From the NCBI RefSeq assembly GCF_006345805.1, contig NW_021826060.1, positions 1 through 13,750 of the forward strand: a DNA stretch of 13,750 bases, in the 5' to 3' direction. Both the position numbers and the translations under genes were made by a program. Origin of the DNA: Octopus sinensis. Taxonomy: Eukaryota. Below the pieces are notes generated by a model, which searched no databases, was not told the origin of the DNA, and saw nothing but the letters and a program-made list of their open reading frames with translations. This document shows, one piece after another, positions 1 to 8,974 of the stretch. Each line of letters opens with the position of its first letter. Position 1 is the first letter of the stretch.

Positions 1-14
1 TTTGGTCTAACCTT

Positions 15-532
15 ACTCTCTCTCTTTACTCTTTTACATGTTTCAGTCATTTGACTGCGGCCATGCTGGAGCACTAGTTTCTGGGTATTTGCCCCTTATG
101 AATGCAGAGCAGCCGAATCCGCAGGCCATCACTATATTCTGGACTGTCATATAGCTTGGAGATAACTCTCTCTCTTTTACTTTTTTACTTGTTTAGTCAT
201 TTGACTGCGGCCATGCTGGAACACTAGTTTTTGGGTATTTGCCCCTTATGAATGCAGAGCAGCCGAATCCAGCAGGCCGTCGCTATATTTCTGGACTGTC
301 ATATTAGCTTGAGATAACTCTCTCTCTTTTCTCTTTTACTTGTTTCAGTCATTTGACTGCGGCCATGCTGGAGCACTAGTTTCTTTCTGGGTATTTGCCC
401 CTTATGAATGCTGAGCACCGAATCCAGCAGGCGGTCGCTATATTTCTGGACTGTCATATTAGCTTGGAGATAACTCTCTCTCTTTTACTCTTTACTTGTT
501 TCAGTCATTTGACTGCGGCCATGCTTGAGCAC
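15..532. repeat. Chimeric tandem repeat, about 3.4 units of 150-156 bp (SINE 3' tail fragment plus a 95-100 bp foreign module)
   Basis: Units start at about 15, 165, 317 and 473. Each is ACTCTCTCT..CAGTCATTTGACTGCGGCCATGCTGGAGCAC followed by TAGTTT..GGGTATTTGCCCCTTATGAATGC..GGAGATA. The fourth SINE-tail copy continues into the intact SINE body. Confidence 0.92.
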
Positions 533-856
533 CGCCTTTAGTCGAGCAAATCGACCCCCGGAACTTATTCTTTGTAAGCCCAGTACTTACTCTATCGGTC
601 TCTTTGCCGAACCCTAGGTGACAGGGACATAAACACACCAGCATCGGTTGTCAAGCAATGCTAGGGGGACAAACACACACACACCCACATATATAATATA
701 TATACATATATACGACAGGCTTCTTTCAGTTTCCGTCTACCAATTTCATCACTCACAAGGCATTGGTTGGCCCGGGGCTATAGCAGAAGACACTTGCCCA
801 AGATGCCACGCAGTGGGACTGAACCTGGAACCATGTGGTGGTGTAGCAAGCTACTT
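473..856 (-). mobile_element. tRNA-derived SINE family 1, body and 3' part (head interrupted by the Tx1 element)
   Basis: Reverse complement is colinear with the intact copy at 12371-12776: box B GGTTCAGTCCC, GCATCTTGGGCAAGTGTC, internal (TA)/(TG) tract, tail GGCGGTGCTCAAGCATGGCCGCAGTCAAATGACTGAAACAAG. Confidence 0.9.
844..856. repeat. Left target-site duplication TAGCAAGCTACTT of the Tx1 element
   Basis: Identical 13-mer at 3738-3750. Confidence 0.92.
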
Positions 857-1014
857 TATTTCATATAATTTGCCATTTAGGCATTTACAAAGAGGGGACA
901 AACAGGACAGACACATATAAAGGGTGTGAAGTAGCTTAACACAGTTAAAATTTCGAATGAAATTACGGATAAGATTATAAACAATGAATTTTACGAAGAC
1001 AATGTTTAAAAATA

Positions 1015-1896
1015 TTACTTAATGATCATGTCGAAGGACAGACACCCAGCCATCTGGGTAGAACCTTTACTTTTTGATCCGGTCACACTTACCTGGTGCC
1101 AAACATACCCAGCTTGCATGCCACAGGCTTCCATCTTTTCACAAACATCTCGTGACAGACACCTCTTCTCCAGCCTGATTTTGCTACTGACCATTCTTGA
1201 CCTACACTTGACCATTCTATGGTCAGTATAGGGCGCCTGGACGAGCTGTGGACAACTAAAACTAGACTTATCTCTAGTACTTATCACTATCCTGTCTAGA
1301 TAAGACTTGAACCTTCCGTCGCCACTCATCCAGGTCCAATCTGGGATGTTCGGATGGTCAAGTCTGTAACGATCTGCTAGCTGAAACCGCTTAAGCAGAT
1401 CCACGAGACGTGAGATCACTTTCCTATGGATCGAGCCAACGCTATCGATGTGTACGTCAACGATAGCATTAAAGTCCCCTAATACCACTAAAGTCTTCGA
1501 CGTCACGAGAAAGCCCTCTAGGCGCCGATAAAAATCAGTTTGGAAACTTCTAGCACAAGGTGCATAGAGTCCGATCAACCTGAAGGCCTTACTGCTGTAT
1601 GTCACATCAAGGACGACCAGCCCACTTTCTGGGTCCACATAGACTGTACTTGTCTGCAGAGCCAAGTCTTTACGGATCAGTACCACTACACCCGCTCGCC
1701 TTCCGGTCTGGCGAGGAGACATGATTTTCTCGTAGCCATTCAGGAGAGGCGAGAAGGTTTGTAGGCTGTCCAGCTTGGTCTCTGTAGCAACCATCACGTG
1801 TATATCATGTGATCTGAGGTCGTCGAGGAAACAAGCCTGCTTCCACTTCGAACTCAGACCACGCACATTTAAACAACCAAGGTTAAGAGAAGCCAT
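1015..1896 (-). pseudogene. ORF2 remnant: APE-type endonuclease (1896 to about 1207) fused to the ORF2 C-terminal tip
   Basis: Motifs LNVRG, ATETK, GLYAP, LGDFN, WTW, SYLDRI, YTDH are the exonuclease-endonuclease-phosphatase signature of L1/Tx1 ORF2. No RT motifs follow. Confidence 0.9.
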
Positions 1897-1913
1897 TACA
1901 AAAAGTAAAAGTT

Positions 1914-3305
1914 CTACTTACATTTCGTTGAAGAGGTTGGGGCCGACCTCACCACACATTTTTGGGCCCCTTCTTTCTCCTCCTTCTTCAGATAGTCCGA
2001 CAAGTTCGCGATACGCCGGATGGCCTTTGGGTGTCTGTCTTTTAATTGTTTGAACACTATTTCCGCAATCCACGCACATCTTTCATTTCGATCTTTGTGT
2101 TTGTTGTACAGTCTTGCTGTTTAATGCGGAACCACAATATCGTTTATATATTTGTTTTGTGTATCATATTCAATTAATATGAGTTCATTTTTTTGTCTTC
2201 TTTTTCTAGGCCAGTTGGGCGGGATTTTTTTTTTTTGGTGTCTGTGGTGTGTCTTATTATTTTTTGTAGGGGATGTGGACGGGGATGATGCACGAGTTCT
2301 TTTACGAACTGTTGTAAATCCTCCCCCTCCTCCTGATACCTCCATGGTATCATCTGGGGTTGCAATATTTTGTTCAGTGGGCGCCGCAGTTTTTGTAGGG
2401 GATTGTGTGTGCAAGGGTTGGGTTTTTTTGTCAGTTTGTTTTGGGGTTGGCACCGTAACAGCAGGAGTGGGACTTTTTGTTTTTGTGGGGGTAGGTGAGT
2501 TTGCAAGAGTAGGGATTTTTTAATTATCTGAGGGGCCTGTTGTCTGCGGTTTCTTTTGCTTGTCTGGACAGTCTACATGAATGTGGCCCTTTTTGCCGCA
2601 GGCGTAACAGGTGGATTTTTTCCCTTCGACCTGTACCCTGAGGGCTACATTCTCGCCCACGAGCACCCTCTCAGGAAGGACCTGCAGGTCCTCCTGTGTT
2701 CCTTGAATTATTACATTAATGTCTCACCCAAGCCAATATTGAGGGGCAGAGCATGTTACCTGTAATATTCTAATTTTGTCTGTCCTTTTATATAACAGGG
2801 CGGCCACTACCTCTACAGGATCTACTTCCGGCGGTGCTTCTGCAATCCTGACCCGGGACGTCCTGCGTCCCCTATAGGTTGGCAGAAGTACCATCTCCTT
2901 GGTTTTTAGGGGATTCACAGAATGCCCGCGGGCCACCTCCTCCCCCGAGAAGCGGACCTCCACAGTGCCATATGTCCGTCTCCTGGCGACGTACACAATG
3001 TCCTTCCAAATCGGGGACAGGCATTTCTCGATAGTATTCTTTTCAAAGTGTTTGAACCTTCTGCTTTGTGGACAGAAGGTTTTAAACACTACGGTCCGCT
3101 TCTCGGTCTCCAAGATACTGGCGGAGGGTGATATTTTAACATCACCACCCTCCTCTTTCATTCTTTTAAATAGCTTGACGAGCTGATTGACATTGATGTC
3201 AAAGTTCTCGGTTGCCACTGCGGCTACCGCCGAAAATCTTTTACTACAGTTATCAACATTGCTCTCCTCAAGAGCACTATTTTCGTGAATAATCTCAACA
3301 GACAT
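1914..3305 (-). pseudogene. ORF1 (Gag-like nucleic-acid-binding protein with CCHC zinc knuckle), one reading frame with three internal stops
   Basis: ATG at 3305. The track ORFs 2724..3335 and 2121..2453 are in the same frame. Manual translation gives CYACGKKGHIHVDC at 2609-2568. Internal stops at 2724-2726 (TGA), 2520-2522 (TAA), 2121-2123 (TAA); terminal TAG at 1914-1916. Confidence 0.8.
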
Positions 3306-3737
3306 TATTCTGTTGAAATTAGTAATAGACAACACAAAAATTACAAATATTGGTTTCCCACAAAACTGGGAAACCTATAAAAAGTTTTTCTTCCAAAGCA
3401 ATTCAATGAGTGGTAGAAAGCAGTTCAAAAATTGAGTTTAATTCCCACCCCCATTCGGGGGAGGGGCACGAAATTAGTCTGGCAAGACTTTATACAGTCA
3501 CGTAGATAAAAAAGCCACAATGGCTAACAGTTCAACAGTAACAAATTATCCAATTATTCCCCGGTAAACCGGGGAATAGACAGTTCAACAACGTTCAAAA
3601 CAATTTTCAGTAGTAAAATTCAACAAAATTCCAGATGGTACGAAGTAAAGATTAACAACACAGCAAAACTCTTACCGGGAAGAAAACGCGTCCAAACCGT
3701 AGTAAGGTAAGCAAAGTCACTCTTCAGTCAGTGAGGT

Positions 3738-3772
3738 TAGCAAGCTACTTACCACACAGCCACTCCTGCGCC
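3738..3772 (-). mobile_element. 5' head (box A part) of the SINE family 1 copy split by the Tx1 element; includes the right TSD
   Basis: Reverse complement GGCGCAGGAGTGGCTGTGTGGTAAGTAGCTTGCTA matches the start of the intact copy at 12371. Confidence 0.92.
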
Positions 3773-4237
3773 TTCTTCATTTTTTCTTTACTTCCTTAAC
3801 ATACACCGAACTACTCTCTCTGAATGTATTTGGATTTTGTTTTTTATAAACCGTAAGGCAGAAACTCGAGTAACTGTACGTAATTTTCATGCCCCAACAC
3901 AAACACAGGCAACTATATTATCGGGGATAATCATAGATGAATACATCAAAATTAAGTAGTATAATTTAGTTAATCTCAGCGGGGTAAATTGTAAATTGAG
4001 CGTCCACAATAATTAAAATGTTAGTGAATGCTATAAATTAAACAAATACGAATTCAAACATTTGCCAAAGTTACATAAATACAATCTCATCATCAAAAAG
4101 AAAAACACATATGTTTTGGCTGTAAAGTATATGCATGTGTATATGTCAGAGGGTAAGTGTGTAGTAAATATTCTATAATTTCTCTATATGTTAAATCGGC
4201 GTAGAATTTCTCCTATTGCAGTAATTCACATATTCGT

Positions 4238-4251
4238 TATATATATATATG

Positions 4252-4320
<69 letters not shown>
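4238..4320. repeat. (TA)n/(TG)n compound microsatellite
   Basis: Direct reading. Confidence 0.95.
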
Positions 4321-4321
<1 letters not shown>

Positions 4322-4517
4322 CTGTCCCTTTAGTCAATACTTTATTTTTATACTTTTCATATTTTCCTTCTTTCCTTGTTTTTCTGTGTACCTTCTCGTA
4401 GAAGAGCGTAGGCTCGAAACGTAAAAGACTTTTTCTATTCCTGAGCGTTATACTAATACACCTGTTTGTTTTGTACACCACTTGTCTTCGTCTTTTGTTT
4501 TTTTCGTAAACTTTCCC
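4321..4517 (+). mobile_element. Short Penelope-like terminal-repeat-type element with a degenerate hammerhead motif
   Basis: GAAGAGC-GTAG-GCTCGAAACGTA at 4401-4423. Downstream TTCCTGAGCGT is shared with the element at 10393-10615. Flanked by microsatellites. Confidence 0.6.
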
Positions 4518-4548
<31 letters not shown>

Positions 4549-4625
4549 CTAGTTAGCTAAATAGATAGATATAGAGATAGAGAGAGAGAGAGAGGGAGAG
4601 AGGGGGGGGAGAGGGAGAGAGAGAA
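4518..4625. repeat. (TA)n and (GA)n/purine-rich microsatellites
   Basis: Direct reading. Confidence 0.9.
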
Positions 4626-4964
4626 ATATAGTACCCACCTTTACAAAAAATGTATGCATTGGAGACAATTTATTTCACTATTAAAAAGTTCATGTCTCAA
4701 CATGGCTGCAGTCTAATGACTAAAATAGGTAGAAGATGAAAGATACACATCATATGTAGGTATATCTGTATGAAGTATGTATGTATACATGTACGCATGT
4801 ATGTATCTATGCATGTATGCATGTATGTATGCATTATGGGAGGGCAGTGTATGCCACGAAAGTGACATAGGGGTAAAAATATGCAAATACCCGTCTGATA
4901 AGTGTACACCAGGCACATTCATCACAACCATATGTGCGCAACACGGTGATTTAATATCAAGACA

Positions 4965-5358
4965 AACAGACACTGACCTTGCAGGTGGGGCCCAGTTAGA
5001 ATTTTCTTCTGGTCGAGTAGCCCACCCTGCCCAAAAGGTCCCTGAATAAGAGTTGTTTGAGGATGTTGAACGAAACACCCACGTTTCCAAAGGTGAATTA
5101 TCCAAACCCCAAAGAATACCTCTCAACACATGGCTATGATGCTCCCCAAGTACTTCTGCTCGTGATCAGACATGTACATATCGTCAGCCACTAAGGGACA
5201 TGCTCAATTGGTTAAGGTCAAGCAAATGACAAGCAAATCTGTGGCATTGAGCAGAATATTTGTAGCAGCCCATCTTTTAAATCAAGACAAAATAATTTAC
5301 ATGATAGCACTTTCAATCAGTTACGGTCAGAAGCCATCACAGCCACTGCCTGGTACTT
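4965..5358. mobile_element. Unclassified interspersed repeat (resembles an abundant octopus repeat)
   Basis: Higher-GC block between AT-rich tracts, recognised from memory only; class and boundaries uncertain. Confidence 0.45.
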
Positions 5359-5359
5359 C

Positions 5360-5524
5360 ATGTATGTATGTATGTATGTATGTATGTATGTATGTATGTA
5401 TGTATGTATGTATGTATATATGCATGCATGTAGTGTATATATATGTATGTGTATGTATTATGATACACATACGCAGACATGTATACGCATACGTATAAGC
5501 ATATGTATATATATATATACACAA

Positions 5525-5568
<44 letters not shown>

Positions 5569-5712
5569 ATATAATATATATATATATATATAACATACAT
5601 ATATATGTATATATATATATAATATATACATATATATATATACACACACACATATATAGATTAACTACACATATATATATGTATATATATATGTTATATA
5701 TATATATATATA
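5360..5712. repeat. (TATG)n followed by degenerate (TA)n microsatellite
   Basis: Direct reading; explains the YI/MYV/IHTY pseudo-ORFs. Confidence 0.95.
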
Positions 5713-6055
5713 TTGTTTATTTCGGAATGTCCATATTGCCAGTTTAGCCATAAAACACACGCACTAATATTTGGCTGTTATTTGCTTCAGTGATATTTTA
5801 TTTTTTACATCAATCTTAATCTTATTTCGGCCAAAGTTCTTTCGTCACACTCCTGTGACCGCATCAGTGGTCCTTTGTTTTCTCCACTTACTTTTTCTCT
5901 CCTTACTACCGTCAGCTGAAGCAAAATAACACCAAATACCTAGTGCGTGTGTTTTTATTGGCTAAACTGGCAATATGACCATTCCGAAATATAACAATAT
6001 CTGTTTCAACACACGACTTCACATAAAAAGTCTTCACAACAAATATTTAAACGTA
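5711..6055. mobile_element. Inverted-repeat element (arms of about 80 bp) with a central hammerhead-like motif, embedded in (TA)n
   Basis: 5713-5790 is the reverse complement of 5916-5997 (TTCGGAATG..CATATTGCCAGTTTAGCCA..ACACACGCACTA..GCTTCAG). Hammerhead-like motif at 5831-5870, minus strand. Confidence 0.8.
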
Positions 6056-6106
6056 TATATAATATATATTATATAATATATATAATATATATATATATAT
6101 ATAATA

Positions 6107-6156
<50 letters not shown>

Positions 6157-6253
6157 AATATATCTCTATATATATATATACACATATATACCATCTATCT
6201 ATTCTCTATAACAACAACACCAATAATAATATAATAATAATAATAATAATAAT
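6055..6253. repeat. (TA)n and (AAT)n microsatellites
   Basis: Direct reading; the (AAT)n abuts the 3' end of the second LINE. Confidence 0.9.
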
Positions 6254-6257
6254 ACAT

Positions 6258-8950
6258 AATTTCATTTATTTGCCACAAGGCGAAGGATGATGGAAACACT
6301 ACAGAGACTCGACATAAAGTATCGGGTTTTGCATATAATAATGAAATGATAAAAAAGAAACATTAATTATACACTGAAAAAGAAGGGACATATGCATAAC
6401 TTGCAAAGGTATGGCAGGGATGATCATAGAGATGTGACCTCTAGGGATATTCGAGAAACCCCACTGTTCGAGATTACCCCGAAACCCGAAGAGTGAGTGT
6501 CTTCTGTCCGACTCACAGGTCTATACGTATGGAGGTACCATCCACTCTTGCCATTCTCGCAACTTCCACACACCTGTCAATAAAGTCACTCGAGGACAGC
6601 ACTTCCCTCTCCACTATCAATTTCCATATCAAGTGAAACTTGAAAAAGACAATGAGAGCTCTACCAAAGAGGAATGTATCTGCCTTTCAGCCATGTCATC
6701 AAACAACCTCTTTCGCCACAGGCACCAGGCAAAGGAAAACTTCCTTGCCAGCCCAACTGAAGAAGGGCGGCGGTGCGATCATCCCTACAGACTCGGCCGA
6801 CAGACAGATCCGGCCTACACGTGACAGCAGTTGTTCAACATAACCCCACAAGTCACCAATGTTCGGACACTGAACGATGGCATTCAGAATGGTTCCGTCA
6901 TTCTGTGCATACCTCGGACAAGTCCGTCTGACAGCACATCCGTGCCTGTAGGGTTTCTCTCGAACGGAAAGCGATCCCCACCTCTTAGTACTGCCAGGCC
7001 AAGCGCATCTGGAAATTAGCCATGGTAGTTCCCGCCCGGAAAGTCCTCCGGAACAGACTAGCCAGTTCGTTTTCGTCGGCGCCCAGAGTTTCCCCCAGAA
7101 TGTCCTTGCATTTCTCCGCTACTAATCCTCTATAAATTTCTAACGTCGAACATCCACCGATCCCATTGCCTGACTGGTAGAGATTTGTGAGCACCTGAAG
7201 ACATTATAGGTGCCAGGCGCCCAGTCTCTGTCTTTTCTTCACCCAGGACTACAGCTCCGACCATTGGAACGCGTCCCTTTCACAAGAATTGAAGTAAGAG
7301 ACGCTCCAATCTGGTCAAGCAGTACCTGAACAAGGCACGACGGTCAGGCGATAAATGATAACGGAGGTGATGTAAGCATTCGCCACCTCTGCCTGACCTT
7401 TCAGGGACAGCTTTCTTTCAGCCTATTTCTGGGTAAGACTGACCCCCCCCCCTTCGCCACCTCATCCCAGTTCTTATCAACCTGGAGGTCAGGACCAACC
7501 AGACCCCAAGTACTTTAACTGGTCCGTCGGTCAAGCGTCCGATGGCACTGTCCTGCCTCTCCAGGAGCTCAAGGGCAAAGCAACCGATTTGTCTCCGTTG
7601 ATTTTAGCCTCTATAGCCCACTAATATTCCCTCAGGATGGTGCCGACCGTCTCCACTTCGGAGGCGTCCGACATCATGACTGTTATGCTGACACTGCTCT
7701 ACCTTGTCCTAGTTTTAAAGGGATGCCCCTTAGCTGTTCCAACTTCCACAACATTTGCTCGATTGCCAATACGTATAGAAGAGGTGATAAGGAGCAGCCT
7801 TGATGGAGTGAGCGCGCGAATCCAAATAGCTCTGATAGGTGGCCGTTTACTTTGGCCACTGCACAGGTGTCACTGACCATTGCAGAAACCCAGCCTCTGA
7901 AACGGGTCCGAAACCGTCTGCATTCAGGGTAGCTGCCAAGTAACGATGTTCAACCCTATCGAATGCTTTTGATTGATCCAAATGCATCAGAGCACCCACG
8001 AAGCCAGCTCTGGTCCCAGCCATTTCTATGATGTATTGCATAAGGTAGCGGTTGTCGCGGATAGACCTGATCGGGATTCCGCACGTTTGCGCTTCTCCAA
8101 CCAAGATACCGACGACAAACGCTAACATTTTCATAACACCCTGGCCAAAATCTTAAATTGTTTTTAGCAGAGTTATGGGCCGAAAATTCTCTAGTACGTT
8201 CCCATTGTCACCGTCCTTCCTCAGCAGTGTTACCACCCCTCTGCTAACAGCACTAAGCATTCTTCCATTTTGTTGCCCGTTACAGTAGACGTCTGCCAAG
8301 ATATTGTCAAACAAATCTGGCATGAATACATAGAATTCTTTGGGTAGACCATACAAACAGGATGATCTGCGATTTCTGCAATCGCTTATCGGCTCCCAAA
8401 TTTCAGCGGCTGTTATTGGCATTTCACATTACCTCGCGTCAGCTGCGCTAATCGTCAGCTCACGCCAGCTACTCTAATCATATTCTTCATGGCGGCCCAC
8501 CACCGGTTGTTGATGATTGCCTCCGTCAAATGCTGCTTAACTAGTTCACTAATCCGGTCCTTGTAATCTTCGCTAACAGGAAAGAGCGCCTTTAACTTCC
8601 ATTAACCAAGTCCCTGTCTACGAGTTGTATCTAACTCGACTGTGCAGATCAAAAACTCATGGTCTGTGTAACTGACCAATTTGAATTGTGAACAACCTAC
8701 ACTATCCCTATTCTCTGACCTAACAAATACTCTATTTAGATACTGTCTGGATGACCCATTGTGAGTGCTCCATGTCCATACTGGTACATCAAGGAAATCC
8801 AGTCGATACCTATCAGACAAATGGAATTCTGAGTAGGTTTCCGAGGCTTTTGCACACTCTTCTGTGTACTAGCCCCGCACAGTTCTTCTATGTCTCTAAA
8901 ATCTCATTCTAGTCCCCCACTAGTACTAAACTGTGAGACGTTCCCAGAAT
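6258..8950 (-). mobile_element. Second Tx1/L1-clade retrotransposon, 5'-truncated inside the endonuclease and decayed
   Basis: Minus-strand fragments in the expected order: LVLVGD, DRYRLD, WTW, YTDH, FRPITLL, LDQSKAFDRV, QGCSLSPLLY, AKIN, degenerate CCHC, stop TGA at 6513-6515, 3'UTR of about 250 nt ending GGCAAATAAATGAAAT. Confidence 0.9.
6513..8950 (-). pseudogene. ORF2 pseudogene (partial endonuclease, reverse transcriptase, C-terminal zinc-finger region)
   Basis: Many stops, frameshifts and internal deletions. YADD is absent at 7684-7687. CPRY..N..VQC at 6920-6867 is a mutated CCHC. Confidence 0.88.
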
Positions 8951-8974
8951 AGTTATATATATATATATATATAT

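Larger units (their letters stand above)
857..3737 (-). mobile_element. Tx1/L1-clade non-LTR retrotransposon with both ends retained and RT deleted (non-autonomous)
   Basis: 5'UTR of about 430 nt, ORF1 with CCHC knuckle, 17-nt spacer, ORF2 APE endonuclease, C-terminal remnant, 3'UTR of about 230 nt ending GAAATA, 13-bp TSD. Confidence 0.88.

Noticed and set aside
15-532. CRISPR-like repeat-spacer array
   Set aside because: The intervening segments are near-identical rather than unique spacers, units are about 150 bp, there are no cas genes and the context is eukaryotic.
648-920. 90-aa ORF
   Set aside because: Runs through SINE and microsatellite sequence and across the LINE junction; no coherent product.
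2152-2523. Hydrophobic 123-aa ORF resembling a membrane protein
   Set aside because: Antisense shadow of the A/C-rich low-complexity part of ORF1.
2121-2726. Rescue of ORF1 stops by A-to-I editing or readthrough
   Set aside because: Two of the three stops are TAA, needing double editing to TGG at positions with no sign of Trp; ordinary mutation is simpler.
3775-4235. Possible host exon or promoter in unique AT-rich sequence
   Set aside because: No long ORF or convincing splice-site pair; cannot be assessed without transcript data. The same applies to 9780-10130 and 13321-13630.
5040-5090. CTGAATA...GAAAC-ACCCAC-GTTTC as a hammerhead
   Set aside because: G8 and A9 are wrong, and there is no convincing stem II or stem I.
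4188-5651. Several ORFs rich in YI, CV, MYV and IHTY
   Set aside because: Translations of (TA)n, (TG)n and (TATG)n microsatellites.
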